The notes: generated from the sequence alone by a model not told the origin. A DNA stretch of 62,000 nt from Octopus vulgaris (GCA_951406725.2 OX597824.1:32322001-32384000), one strand, 5' to 3'; counted from the first letter of the stretch, positions 1 through 15,100 are shown. Made by a program: numbers and translations.

Positions 1-177
1 TTTATTTACCTTCTCAGGTTTTATTCATTATTAAAAAAAAAACAACATATATTGCATGCCTTACAAACCAGAAGAGAGCCCTCAATACAAAGTTGGATCA
101 TAATAGCCCAACAAACAAAAGAGGCTGCTTTAGTTCTATTTTGGCTAGTGACAGGTTACAGTTTGGATCTGTTACTA

Positions 178-742
178 TTGGGTTGTCCGGAAAGTTCATG
201 CCAATTTTTAAAGGACTGAAAAAGGTCAATAAATTTCTTGCCATTACATTTCTAATCAACCAAATATGAACCATTTTGTTGCCCAATGCGTCTCCATCTT
301 TCCTTTAACTTGAAAATACCCTCTTCCCAGAATTGAGGTGGTTTCATGGCAAAGAATTCATCAACGTGATTTACGTCATCTAAGGAATTGAAATTTTTAT
401 CATTGAGACTATTCTGCAGAGACCTGAAGAAGTGGAAATCCAAAGGAACAATATCTGGTGAATATGGAGAGTGGGGTAACACATCCCAGCCGATCTGCAG
501 CAATTTTTGTCTGGTTCCCAAAGCATCAAGTGCAGAAAATGAACTTTCTTATCTTCCATTTTAAAGGGTTACAGAATTAATGCAGGTTATAGGAACATAA
601 ACCTTCTTCAACGAAAAGATAAGCTTAAACTGTGCTGTAAATGGAGGTATAGTCAGATCCTATTTTATGGACTCAACCTTGTTCTAAAATAAGTCGAAAT
701 GTAAGCTACTATAAATCGGCACGAACTTTCCGGACAACCAAA
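178..742 (-). mobile_element. Non-autonomous mariner deletion derivative (565 bp), copy 1
   Basis: TIRs ttgggttgtccggaaagt...actttccggacaaccaaa with TA flanks; transposase remnant ...LPHSPYSPDI...RWRRIGQQNGSY. Confidence 0.9.
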
Positions 743-804
743 TAAATCAACTGCCATGAAGGTTGGTTCTCAATACTGATTGCACCATTATTTCATCTTA
801 TGTG

Positions 805-848
<44 letters not shown>

Positions 849-869
849 ACACACACACACAAACACACA

Positions 870-2105
870 TGTATGATGTTTGAAATGAAAGCAATCCAAA
901 AGTAGGCATAACCGTTTATTAACTCACACAGGCCTTTCAAACTGTACATGTTGGTAGAGATACAGATGCTCATCCTCTGCAGTAACTCTTCATTCTGTTC
1001 TCCTTAATTGTAGGCAAAAAACAAGTTCCAAGCAGAAGCAACATGTCATCATTGACAGACAGAATAGTGGTGCTGGCTGTCTGACATCCACAGAAAGCTA
1101 CAGGATGTTTACAGTGATGACATCATTGACAAGAGCAATTTCTCCTTTAGACCTTTGGCATTTCAAATAATTCAGTCAAATGCAATGCTTATTTATTCAC
1201 TGTTTTGAATTAATCATGCCTTTTGTAGCTTCAAGATTCCAATAGTGTGTTTGTATATTTTTAGAATGACATTGTAGGGAATTTTAACATAAAACAGCTA
1301 GAATATTTGGGTTGGATACAGCTGGATGAAATGCTAAAGAGTTAGACTTCTTCAGATAAACGAAGTTTAACCGTTTAGTTTTCACATTATTCTGCGAAAA
1401 TTAATGCTTTTTCATCCACATTGTTTTGAACTAATCATGCATTATCTTGTAGCTATGAGATTTTGATGAGGTAGCTGTTGATTTTTAAAATGATATTGTA
1501 GGGTTGGTGTGAGAGACCAGATCTGGTCAGTTTAAACATAAAACAAGCTGAATACTTTTGGCCGGATATGGCCAGTGTTTGAATAGGAACCTCTTCTAAG
1601 TTGGTTTTAGTTATTTAAAAGATTTTTTAAAAAGAAATATACACACATGTGTATAAACCATGTTTGTATGTGATTTTTGTTTTTCTTTTTAATTCGAAGT
1701 GGAAAGAAGTGTATTTTTACTTCTAAATAAAATCAGCTTCAAAGAATAACATACAAAGGATCCCATGAGCATTAAAGTAGCAAAGGTAAATTGTTACTTT
1801 TCTGATAACTAAAACAATGTAAGCTGTTTGAAATGCTAAAAGGTTAAAGAACTGGAAACCATCCTTGAAGACAAACTATACAGAAGGAGACCAACTGCAA
1901 CACTTGACAAGCATCACCAGTAGTTGGGAGAATTTATTTGTGCCAATAGATGAGTGACAATCCTTGAGTTTTCTGGATGACAGGACTGTTGTCAAATATG
2001 CATTGCAGAAGATGTTGGAATTCCGTAGTTATTGGAAAGTCTGTGTGAAGTAGGTTTCTCGGCAGCCGGTAAATGATTTGAAAGAGAGAAGGACAGAAAT
2101 CTGGT
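870..2105 (+). mobile_element. Degenerate mariner transposase 5' region interrupted by another repeat (about 1140-1830)
   Basis: Remnant peptides DIHRKLQDVYSDDIIDKSN (about 1083-1140) and, across frameshifts, RPTATLDKH..ICANR..WKVC..VSRQ (about 1850-2100) resemble the mariner HTH region. Confidence 0.55.
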
Positions 2106-3688
2106 CTTAACTGCTGGAAACATTTAAGGCAATGAAGATGTATCTTTTATCTTTTACTTGTTTAATAAATTAGGTTGCGACCATGCTGGGGCACCACCTC
2201 AAAGAATTTTAGTTAAATGAATTGACACCAATGCTTATGTTCTTTTTAAGCTTGGTACTCATTCTAAGTACAAAGAAACACACACACACATACATATAAT
2301 ATATATATATATATATTTCTTTACTACCCACAAGGGGCTAAACTCAGAGGGGACAAACAAGGACAGACAAACGGATTAAGTTGATTACATCGGCCCCAGT
2401 GCATAACTGGTACTTAATTTATCGACCTCGGTGGAATTTGAACCCAGAACATAATGGCAGACGAAATATGGCTATGCATTTTGCCTGGCATGCTAACGTT
2501 TCTGCCAGCTCGCCGCACATACATATATATATATATACATATATATAGTCCTACCCATACATGCATGGACGATGGATGTTAAACAATGTTAAATGACGAT
2601 GATGTTGATATTTATATACATACACATATATGATGATCTTCTTTCAGTTTCTGTTTACCATATTCACTCACAAAGCTTTGGTCAGCTCAAGGCTAGAGTA
2701 GGTGACACTTGCCCAAGGTTCCACACAGTGTGACTGAACCTAGATCCATGTGATTGGGAAGTAAATTTCTTACCACATAACCATGCCTGTGTCCATGTTA
2801 TTTTTCCTGATCTGGTGACAAGAGATGCAACTTGGCCTTATGTTTATGATCCAGAAACAAATGACTTAATCCATAGAACAGAGACAGGGTCATCATTTGA
2901 AATGACTGTCATAAGTTTTTTGAGTGTTTTGAATGGACTATTGTAAATAAATTAAACAGATCTTCTATTAGTTGCAATTATGAGCATTTTGGCTGTTTGA
3001 TTACCAGAACTGTCTCCTCAGTGTATTGGTGTATATAAAAGGTTGACAATTCTACAGACACAAGGGTCCTTAATGTAATACTCAATCACAATCAGTGTGG
3101 CACTGTGTGATGACAATGCTGGTTTTTGAATTTCATATCCCATTCATCTGACTGGCTTCACATATTATGCTCATTCAGTTTTATTCACAGGACTGCTAGA
3201 AAACTATGGCAGAAGACATATGGGATAAGTGAAAGTTATGGCAGAAGATTATGGTAGAAGGCTCTGAGAGAAGTGAGTTCTGCTAGAAGGTTATGGTAGA
3301 AGACATTTGCCCCAAATACTTCATAGTAGGATCAAACTTAGAACATCATTTGGCATATTTTTTTTTACTGGTTAAAAAGCCCAAAGTCAAGATCTGTTAA
3401 CTGTGCTGATAGAAAGCTGAAGACAACCTTCTCTCTTATTGTAACCTTCTCTTGGTCAGTGAATTTGACTTCAGCATGGCAGCTTACAAATCATTAGACA
3501 CACAGTTGCCCTCAGCCCCCCTGTTCACCTCTGAATTGACAAATACTTGCTGAAGAAGAAGAAAAATTACAAGATTGGACAAAGTAATTTCTAAACAACT
3601 TTTTAATCAGTTTGTCTTGATTTTTTTTTAGTCATGTAAGATTTTTACAGTTGTGTAAGATATTGTGTAAAAAGTCAAACAGCGAAAG

Positions 3689-5262
3689 TTTATTTGGCAC
3701 ATTTCCAAAGAAACAGCCAACTGATGGAATTAAATGTTTGTAAAGAAAGGTTTCATAAGTTTACAAGTTAGAGTGTGACAAAATATATTCTTAATTTCTT
3801 TGCTGTCCATCTTAGTTTATTATGGTAGGGAATGGTTGGTGGTGGTTGAAGAGAAAGTGGGAAAGAAAAATTTTCATGGAAAGAAAGAGTGAAAATAATT
3901 ATTTCTTAATTAGGCAAGAAATGTTAAAAGGTACAAAGTTAGGAATATGAAAAGTTGTAATAGTTGTACCTTTGTGACTGGAAACTGCGTTACAAACTTA
4001 ATATTCCAAGAATATACTGCTGTACCATGATGGCAGCCATAGAGAATCAAAATGATATCACAAGTGCATTTGTATTTCTGTTTTAGTCCTCCACAATTGA
4101 TATGTGGCATAAAAAACGTAAGAACCATTGAGTTATTATCCTAATTAGAATAATTCTAGATTGTTATTTAAAAGAAATAGAGAGAAAAACTTTATTTGTA
4201 GTTGTTAATCTAGTTCTGCTTCTCACTTCAAGAAAACCTATTGAAAAATATATCACACTATCAAATCATACGATATTGTGCTATTACTTGTATTAGTTTA
4301 TATCTATGCAGTCTTCCAAGAAATCTCTATGTAAATAATAATAATTTAAGATCTCAAATAGAGAAAGGAAAAAAAAAGAAGGAATATACTGGTAGAAAAA
4401 AATCCCAGAAAACATGCAATAAGTTAGGAAAAAAAAAATCAATTTTTAAAATCTTTATTTTTGTTTTTCATTCTTGGAAGGGACAAAGCTGGACCTGGGA
4501 ACTTCCAAACTGGGTTCTGAAGTCCTCCGTTTCAAACTTCATAAATGGAAAATCAGGGTAAAAGTTATAAATATCAAATTATAGCAATATTTCCATTTTT
4601 ATGGACTTTTTTTTTATTTTCCATATAGTTCAAAAAATACTTATAAAAATCTATCATAAGAAAATTTGGTGGGTTTCATTTTTTTCTTGTTTTACGACAA
4701 TATTTCATTTCTTTTGATTTATATCTGTATTGACATGTGCACAAATTTGTTTTGTTTAATTTAAGAAAAGAGTAAGGTCCTCCAAGAGAGGACCAAAACC
4801 TCAAAGAAATTTGCAATTAAGAGGGGGTGGGGGTTTGAATCAAGAAGAATCAAAATGGTTAGGTATTGTTATCAAACACAAAGATTAAAATACATGTATA
4901 TATTTGCATTTCTTTTTAAAGGTATGTTTGGCCACAGTTCTGCTTCGTAGTCTCCATGATGAACAACTGGAGACAGGAGAATCCACACGTACATTTAAAG
5001 CTACTTCCCGAACACAAGATCTCATATATTCAAACACAAATACACACAAACTGACAGAGGCAGCTCTGAAATGTTCTAATCGTGGATACAGCTGTTGTAA
5101 TTCGGTTTCAGAAATCTGTTGTGAAAATACTTTTATATTTGTCCTATAAAATTCTGATGGTATCTGTAAGTCTGTGGTCCATCATTCGGGTAAGAACATT
5201 TCTCGACCTGTAGTTGATCAACTACCTAACATCAATCACAGTTAAATGGATCAGCTCTGTTT
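3689..5262 (-). other. Probable RyR 3' UTR with several candidate AATAAA signals (about 4613, 4454, 4191, 3816, 3689)
   Basis: SINE-free stretch directly after the stop codon, with AATAAA hexamers on the minus strand; the true 3' end cannot be determined. Confidence 0.4.
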
Positions 5263-5361
5263 TCAGCTAGAAGCTTCATCTTCATACTGTTTCCTAAAGC
5301 AATCACCAACTGGGAAAAAGTCCCAGCAGCGCTGTTGATACATTTCCCAAACATAGGTTTC
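5263..5361 (-). CDS. RyR: RyR terminal coding exon: [32 protein letters not shown]
   Basis: ttccag|...TGA; 99 nt. Confidence 0.97.
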   Translation of the reverse strand, partial: ETYVWEMYQQRCWDFFPVGDCFRKQYEDEASS

Positions 5362-6670
5362 CTGGAACATAACAAAACAATTGATATCATAATTTGTTAA
5401 GACAAATAATTATAACAATACAAAATGTGGAAATATTTAAAATATTGTGTTGATGTTATCTATCCCCTAATAAACTCTGGCAGAGAAGACATTCAAGCCT
5501 CGATCATCCTATCATTTATTTAGACATAGTGTATCTAGGACTTCATTATCTATAGTGTCCTTCCTTTTTAAGACAACAGGGGTTGATTTAAGGGAGATCT
5601 GGCTGCTATTTCTTGCAGATCATTGGAACACATAGAGGTTTTCTTTTTAACTTTTTAGAATATAATAATTTACATGAAAAACAGATGGCTAATGGTTAGA
5701 GAGATAGAAATGTCATGATTCATAGAATATTTCTTTTTACTATAAGCACAAAGCCTGAAATTTTTGGGGTGGGGATTAATCTATTACATCAAACTCAGTA
5801 CTCAACTGGTATTTATTTTACCAAACCCCAAAGGGTAAGAGGCAAAGTCATTCTTGGTAGAATTTGAACTCAGAACGTGAAGACAGAGGAAATGCTGATA
5901 AGCATTTTGTCCAACACACTAATGATTTTGTCAGCTTGCTGTCGTCTATAATTGAAGAAATATTAATTTCTAACATATGCCCACATTTTTGGGACAATTT
6001 GGTGTAGTCAATTACGTGAGCTCCCCACCACATGACTGGTATTTTATTTGCAGTATTTAAGAAGAATGAAAGACAAAGTTGATATCAGCAGAATTTAAAA
6101 TCAGAATGTAAAGGACCAGAAATTCATAAATACTTTGAGGTATTTCGTAGTGGGCCCCTGGCCTACTATTATCTTAATCCCACTTAATCTACTGAAAGGT
6201 CCCATTGATTCCCTGCTCCACAAATTCTAAACTAGTAAAGATACTGAATGGGTTGTCATTGAAGAAAGGAAATAAATTACTATATTACCATTTACAGTAT
6301 ATGTACTATTGTATAGAACACACACACATATATATAAATAAAAAGGGGTTTGTATGATTGTGTATAGAGGGATATATATTATTCAAAGGAATTCCAACTC
6401 TGTCTGTTTTTTATGTTTTATTTATATTCTTTATAATATTAATGAAGGATATAAAATATGTAGTATAAATATATAGTGTATATAGTGTATATAGTAAAAT
6501 GAAATGAAGTATTGATTGTCTTATTGAATAGATGAAATAGTGAATATGAATATTAAGGGACTCTATACTATATACAGCATACATATTATTTATACTATAT
6601 ATTCTATATTCTACATTAATATTATAAAGAATATAAATAAAACATAAAAACAGAGTTGGAATTCCTTTGA

Positions 6671-6706
<36 letters not shown>

Positions 6707-7128
6707 CTCTTTACTCTTTACTCTTTTACTTGTTTCAGTCATTTGACTGCGGCCATGCTGAAGCACCGCCTTTAATCGAGCAACTCGACCCCGGGACTTA
6801 TTCTTTGTAAGCCCAGTACTTATTCTATCGGTCTCTTTTGCCGAACTGCTAAGTGACGGGGACATAAACACACCAGCATCGGTTGTCAAGCAATGCTAGG
6901 GGGACAAACACAGACACACAAACATACATGCACACATATATATATATATATATATATACATATATACGACGAGCTTCTTTCAGTTTCCGTCTACCAAATC
7001 CACTCACAAGGCTTTGGTTGGCCCGAGGCTATAGTAGAAGACACTTGCCCAAGGTGCCACGCAGTGGGGACTGAACCCGGAACCATGTGGTTCGTAAGCA
7101 AACTGCTTACCACACAGCCACTCCTACG

Positions 7129-7200
<72 letters not shown>

Positions 7201-7858
7201 CTATTTGTGAAGGCAATGTGGCTCAGTGGTTAGGGCATAAAGCTCATGATCATAAGGTCAGGAGTTTGATATTCTCCAGTGGCATGTTGTATCCTTGAGT
7301 TAGACCTGTGTTTCCCAAACTTTTTGTGCCAAATTGCAATATCGCCTACCTGTCGGCCAAAAAATGTTCCATCGCCCACCTGTATGAAAAAAACCCTGAC
7401 ACAACCCTCAAACACAAAATCCCCCAGCTGCCCCCTCAGTATCATTTGATACACACTATATAGTAGACTTGTTGCCCTGTTATTGCCATTGTGTGTGTGT
7501 ATTTATCTGGGTAATAACCATATAACATGCTTTCCAAAGCTTCTATATGGTTATTGGTTACCATATGCCATCATACAGCAGGATTACTACTTTACTACTT
7601 TTACAGGATATACATGTGGAAATCCATTAGTGTATGCAGAATTCATTCAAGCAAAATTATAATACAGGATGGAATGAACAGGCTTTAATCCAAATCATTA
7701 AAATTGCTTCTGTGCATTGGTATCAGCTGGTAATTGCCGAGTGCTTCACATATTACACATATTATTATATAAATATATAACTAACAGCTGATGTTAATAC
7801 ACAGAAAGAATTGTTGTGATTCGGATTAAAGCCTGTTCATTCCATCTTTTTGCATTAT

Positions 7859-7893
<35 letters not shown>

Positions 7894-7917
7894 CTATCTG
7901 TCTGTCTGTCTGTCTGT

Positions 7918-8009
<92 letters not shown>

Positions 8010-8258
8010 CATTCAAAGCAATGATTAGTAAATTCACGAAACCAGTATGCTTTTGAATCTCTTTAAGAATTCCCAATAATGACTTTTATTACTTTTATTC
8101 CTACCTCAGTTCATCTAATTGTATATATCCATCGTAACTTTTTCATAAAAAGCCTTTACTTTTTTTGATTTCCAATGTGCATTTTCACTTCTTTTTCTTC
8201 TTACTTTCCCCTTACATTTCCATGTGTAGTTTCTATTTTATTTTTGTAACATATTTCT

Positions 8259-8295
<37 letters not shown>

Positions 8296-9103
8296 CAGTG
8301 TCGAGGTGCATGGCTAGGGTCTTGGACTCATGATCATAAGATTGTAGTTATGATTCTTGCACTGAGTGACACATTGTGTTCTTGAGCAAATCACTTCATT
8401 TCACATTGCTCCAGTCCACTCGGCTGGCAAAAATAAGTAACCATGGAAACTGGGAAACCAGTCCTTATGAGTTGGCATGAGTCAGGAAGGTAACCATTAC
8501 CTTTATATACAGGGTGCGGCAGAAGTAACACCCTTTTGTATTTGAGTTTTCTAGTTTCTAACTGAAACAATACTTAACAAGAGCACTCAGAGAGCACAAA
8601 CCTCGGCCAATGCAACACCAATGTCCTCTCAACAATTAGCCACAGATGATTTTTAAAATGGGAATATCTGAAATAGGGTTGACTGTTCTCACAAATAAGA
8701 ATACTAAAAATGAACTCAACCGCTCTCAAAAATTAAGTAAAAAAAAAACAGAAAAAATAATCCAGGGAGAACCAGGAATGATATTTGTGTGTGTGCATGC
8801 ACATGTGTATGAGTCTTAGTGTGTGTGTGTGTGTATGTGTGTGTGTAACAGCTGTAAGACCTTCTATCTATAAATGCTCTAATATCTACACAGCCTTGGT
8901 TTGTTATCTTATTACGCAAAAAATTCTTATATACACATGCTGACATAGAACCAACGTTGAACCCCTTATTCGCAAAATTACCAAATCTGGAACTTAACTA
9001 TGATCTGTCTATAGCACTTATTCAGCATTACCTGACACCTTTGGGTCTCAATGACACCATTATCTCTTATAACCTCAGATTCCTCTCTCTCTCTCTCTCT
9101 CTC

Positions 9104-9164
<61 letters not shown>

Positions 9165-12100
9165 TTATATAGTATCACTATTATTTGTTCTCTGCTTTCA
9201 TGCTGGATGCAAATATAGAGTAGATAAAGTGTGATCAAGTTGAGAAGTAGAGTAACATGTTATAAAAATGGAAAAAGAAAATCTTACTTGTCCAGTGTAC
9301 TCTGTGTCTGGTTTGTTAATAAGATGCATTAAGAAGAACCTGTCAAAAGAAAAAAAATGATTTCTTTTTATAACTGAAAACAGCAAGCATTTGTCGAAAA
9401 TGGCAAACCTGTATAGGCTTGGCAATGTGGGTTGGGGGGGGGAGGCAAATTTGAGGGGTACCCTGGGTGATACACACTCTAGCTATGCCACTGACAGAAA
9501 GGATCAAGAAAAGTGTTTAAAATGAAGCCTGGAGATGGGTGTGGTTGCAATATATATTTCTTTACTATCCACAATGGGCTAAACACAGAGGGGACAAACA
9601 AAGACAGACAAATGGATTAAGTCGATTGCATCGACCCCAGTGCATAACTGGTACTCATTTAATCAACCCTGAAAGGATGAAAGGCAAAGTCGACCTCGGC
9701 GGAATTTGAACTCAGAATGTGGCGACAGACAAAATACTGCTAAGCATTTCGCCTGGCGTGCTAACGTTTCTGCCAGCTCACCGCCCTTGCGTGGTTGCAA
9801 TATAGATTATAAGAGATGAGTTTGCTAGATGGACCTGACTGGAATCAGTATGAGAGCTGCCAACACCAATTAACAAAAGTCCCTATAGTAGTGGGAGAAG
9901 AGGTAGAACAAGAGAGACAATACATCTGCGAGAGGGTGTTAGAATTTGGTAGGTTTCACATCAATTTGTTTGGTGGCCTTTTTTTATGCTGTCTAAGATA
10001 TCTGTGCATGTAAGGTTGCACCATTCCAGGCAAGGCAGCTGTATTTCCTTGTGGAGCTCACAACGTCTTTGTAGAGGTTAAGTAATTTATTTATCCGTTA
10101 GTCAGGTGAGAAGGCAATCTTCTTGAACCCAAGGCTTCTGAGTTTAATGAAAAGAAGGGAAGATGTTCTCAAACAGGAGACCTGGCATGTTTGTTTGCAA
10201 CAGGGGGAATTCTGCTGAAGATACCCTACTTGATGATGGATCAATCCATTAGCATTTACACCAGCCATATCTGGCCAAATATTTAACTGGTTTTATGTTC
10301 AAACTGGCCCAATCTGACCTCTCACACTAACCCTACAATGTCATTCTAAAAATTAATTATTACCTCATGAAAACCTTAAACCTACAAGATAATGCATAAT
10401 TAATTCAAAATAATGTGAATAGATAAGCATCACATTTGACAGAGTAATGTGAATGCTAAAGGATTAAGTCTACCACTTAAGTAGGCTATGGAAGGGATTT
10501 GAACTAAGAATGCAATGTAAAGCATTTGGTTTAATGTTTTCACAATTCCAATAATCTATTGTCCTGGGCTGGTATTGGTTGGAACTGAAGCTTTTTTCTG
10601 GAGCTGAAGTTTAGTGAAATAATCCTTTCTTCTTTTGGCACAAGGCCTGAAACTTTTTGGGGAGTGGGGGCTTGTCAATTATATCAACCCAAGTGCACAA
10701 CTGGTACTTATTTCATCAACCCCAAAAGGATGAAAGGTAAAGTTGACCTTGGCGGAATTTGAACTCAGAAACGTAAGTATGGATGAAATACCACTAAGCA
10801 TTTTGCTCAGCGTGCTAGCAATTCTGTCAGCTCGCCACCTTAGTTTATACAAATAATGACACAAAAATAAAGAAAAATAAAAGTGATCAAAAAAAGATAC
10901 TTACATGTAATTTGCAAAATTATGTTCATTCATTACATGAGTGTCGAAACCATGCGGAACTTTATCAAAGAATTCCTTGCCGATACCACAGATGAAACAT
11001 TTAGACTGAAAATAAAATAAGGATATGATGACTTTCATATTTATTCTAAAAACACTCTGGCAGATTCAAACATAAATATGCTAATCACTGTTGTACCTTG
11101 CTACAGAAGATCGGTTTCTTTTTTGTAATGAATATGTGTTTATAACACTTGATTCATTAGTGCAATGGACTCTGAGATGGCTGGTGTTTCAACATTGTTG
11201 TGTCTCATTAGTCAGAAGCACCCTGGACTAAATTAATCTAATAAGAATTGGAAGCTCTGTTTATGACTTCAGTGGACAAGTTATTTGCTGATCCAAGCAG
11301 CCAACTGATAACTTATCATTCTATGCAGTGAACAGCAAGATTAAAAATGATGACTTGCATATAAAAACAAAACAATGTTGATTTCTAACATAAGTGCTGG
11401 TATAGCTGTGTAGTTAAGAAGTTTGTTTATAAACCATACAATTTCAAATTCAGTTTCACTGTTAGGTGCTCTGGTCAAGTACCTTTTATTGCAGCTTTGG
11501 ATCGAATAATGTCTAATGAATGGAATATCCATGAGTGAGTGTCTCTCTATTTCTGTATACTAGTGTAGAAAGGTGTGTCGAAAGGTAACTTAGTCATTTG
11601 CTAATCAGAGATTGATAAAACATAAGTACTAGTGTGTATGGGTCAATATAAATGTGAATCAGAAAGAAAGGCTAATAGAATTTGCATTACTTTCTGAAAT
11701 GGTTAATACTTCTTTCTATGATATGCACAAGACCAGAAACTTGGGAAGAGGGAGCTTGTTAATAATAATGACCCTCACCAGTGCTCAACTGGTAGTTGTT
11801 TTATCAACTCGAAAATGATGAAAGACAAAGTCAACCTTGCTGGAATTTGAACTCAGAATGTAAAGTCAGAGAAAAAAAAGTTAGGTAGTTTACTAAATTC
11901 TTTCAAATTGTTTTAACTTTTTCAAAATTATTTAACATACATAAAACAGTGTATTTTTGTTTGAAATACAATAATAAAGGAATTAAACAATGAGCATTGA
12001 AATAGCTAAAAGAATGGACTTGTAAGCATGCTATATTTTCTATTTACCTCCATATCTTCTTTTACTTGTTCCAATTGATCTCTCAGTTCTCCGAAAGCGT

Positions 12101-15100
12101 CAATGATCAAACCTGTAGAGGGATAAAAAAAAACAAATTTATGCCAAATTCTTCCTTGCCAAGCAATATTAAATTATATACAAACCTGTTGGAGTGTATG
12201 TGTATTTCTAATTGTTGTTAATATTGTTGCTGTTTAGCCCTAGGCCAATCCTAATTGAGTAAACTTGTGATCAAAGGCATTTTAGCTGTGACCATTCCAT
12301 CTTTTTAAGAGTATTTTGCTGATCGGGAAAGTGGTTTTTTTTATAGCTCAAAGTCAGATTGCAGAAAATACTTGAAATATCTTTGGTAAAAAATTTGAAA
12401 CAAATACCATTCATCAGTGATTGACATAATATCAACCCAATAATTTCTCTGTGTTAATGACTTATTGTATTTACTCATATGTAAGTCACACTGTTTTATA
12501 CTTGATATTAATTGAAAAAATTAGGGTGCATCTTATACATGGGGCAAATGCAGGTGATAAAACTTCTGTACAACAGCAAAAAGCCTTTTTGAGTCAGATG
12601 TGATTTTGGAACAAAAGTTTCTATCATTTTTAGTGCTCATTTTTGAAGCTTCAAGTATTAATGTTAAATCAGGGGAAAAAAATATAAAGGTTGCACATAT
12701 GTCCATGGCAACAGAAGCTTACAATTATTTATGCTAGGAATGCGAGCATTAATAATACAAATAGTTCTCAATGTTATGAGTTAATTTGTTCTTAGTAATT
12801 ACATGTTAATTAAGAACTTGCATGTGCCACTGGCACGGAAGCCAGTTTGTTGCTCTGGCAACGATCACACTCGGATGGTGCTCTTGGCACTCCACTAGCA
12901 CGGATACCAGTCATCGAATTTAATTTCGATTTTGATTTCATTTGCCTCAACAGGTCTTCACAAGTAGAGTTTAGTGTCCAATGAAGGGAAGGTATGCATA
13001 AGTGGGCTGGTTAAACCCCTGGCATAGGCCATGTGGTTATGGTCTCACTTGGCTTGCCGGGTCTTCTCAAGCACAGCATATTTCCAATACATTGAATAAA
13101 AACAACTACAATAGTGCTGAGCTAGGGAGTTTGGGTGGTGGGTGGTGGGTGGATTGCTAGCTCTCACCTAAGCAATTTTGTTTTTGGCTCAGTTGAAAGA
13201 CATATTCATCGATTTGGACATAAAGTTTTGGGCAGTGCACATTGAGTTACTCACTAGTTCTTATTTTTAACTTAGTAGATTCTTGTAAAGCTATAAATTC
13301 ATAAACTGGACACTTGTAAGTGATAACTACATGTAATTCTTTTCATTTAATAGTGATATTTCTAGAAGGAAACCATATTCAAACTATAGTAACATTAGTG
13401 AAGGAATATGCTATGTAGGTATACTATGCTATGTAGGTATAAAAAATGGATAGATGATGGTTGGAGGGATGTCGCTGGTAGGTCTAAAAACATAAAAAGG
13501 GATGGGTGGATGTAGATAATATTACATAAGTAGGAGTAAAAATGGATGAAGGTTTGAATGAATATAGATAACACAATAATATTTTCTCAAATTAGAGAGT
13601 TATTTTAATTGAATTATTTGTAACATACCCTGAATGATAGCCAGCAAAATGACAATGATGAAGAAGAAAAATGTGATATCAAATATAATTCTGTATGCTT
13701 CTGATGGATCTCCATCAGCTGGCTCAATTTCATCCCCTGAAAGAAAAGAGAACAGATAAAATGGATAAAGTAAATTAAGACTGTTAAACAAGTAAATAAA
13801 CAATTTGATTTTGGTTGCATTTATATAGCTTTGCAAATATAGATGACAGCAAGTCAGTCTTCTGTGTTCTTGTAATACCTTATATCTCATCAACAAGACT
13901 TGTATAGGATTCATATAAAATTAAATAAAAAATAATTTTTGTACATATCAAACATTAAAGATACTTTGCAAAAAATAATGGGAAAATATATGTAAATTAG
14001 ATGTAAAAGAGATGTAAATAAAAAGTGAAATAGATGTAAATTAGATGCAAATTTGATGCAAATTAGATATAAATCTGATGTATCATAGATGTAAATTTGA
14101 TATAAATTAGATGTAAGATAATGTAAAATAGATGTAAATTAGATGTAAATTTTATGCAAATTCAGATATAACTAAAAAATTAAAAAATGAAATATTTTTT
14201 ACATAATTTCATATTTCAAATTGGGACTTTGTAAAAATTATCTAAAATTTTTTATTCCAAGATATATTGAGGTTAGAAGTGACTTACCAATTCCCCCTCC
14301 TGCCCTGAGGCCAGTATGTAAATGATAGACAAAACACTGAAAAAAGAAAATAAATTTATAATAAAGAGATTGTTTGAAGAGAAATAAAATAACTGGGGTT
14401 AACAGTTTAGTAAGGAAAACTAGAATATTTTACGTGCTACATTCAATGATTGCTTTTACATTCAGTTTTCTTGTATATCGGATATTTATACAGTTGTAGA
14501 GAAATAAATCTCTTAGATTTTACCCCTAATAAGAAATTGTAAGAATTTCACCATAGGTAATAAAAAAAAAATTACATTATATATTTATCATCATCATCGT
14601 TTAACGTCCGCTTTCCATGCTAGCATGGGTTGGATGATTTGACTGAGGGCTGGCGAACCAGATGGATGCACCAGGCTCCATTCTTGATCTGGCAGAGTTT
14701 CTACAGCTGGATGCCCTTCCTAATGCCAACCACTCCGCAAGTGTAGTGGGTGCTTTTATATGCTACTGGCAGGGGAGCCAGTCAGATGGTACTAGCAACG
14801 ACCTCACTCAAATGCTTTTACACGTGCCACCAGCACAAGTGCCATTAAGGCGACGCTGGTAATGATCACGCTCGAATGGTACCTTTTATCTGCCACCGGC
14901 ACGGAAGCCAGTTAGCTGCTCTGGCAATGATCATGCTCAGATGGTGCTCTTCGCACCCTACTAGCACAGGGTCCAAGTGCCAGTATAAAGACAGTATTGT
15001 ATCTTTTAAGGGCAGTGAAAAATAAATAAGAGATGTTGTTGAGAGTAAATCCAGATGACATTTCATTCATGTGAACTCTTCATATTCTCTCATATTCCTT

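Noticed and set aside
5250-5265. Stop-codon readthrough at the RyR TGA
   Set aside because: The context is TGA-AAA rather than TGA-CTA(G), and a second in-frame TGA follows three codons later.
6705-7130. tRNA genes suggested by A/B-box motifs
   Set aside because: These are SINE heads; no complete cloverleaf with an acceptor stem was found.
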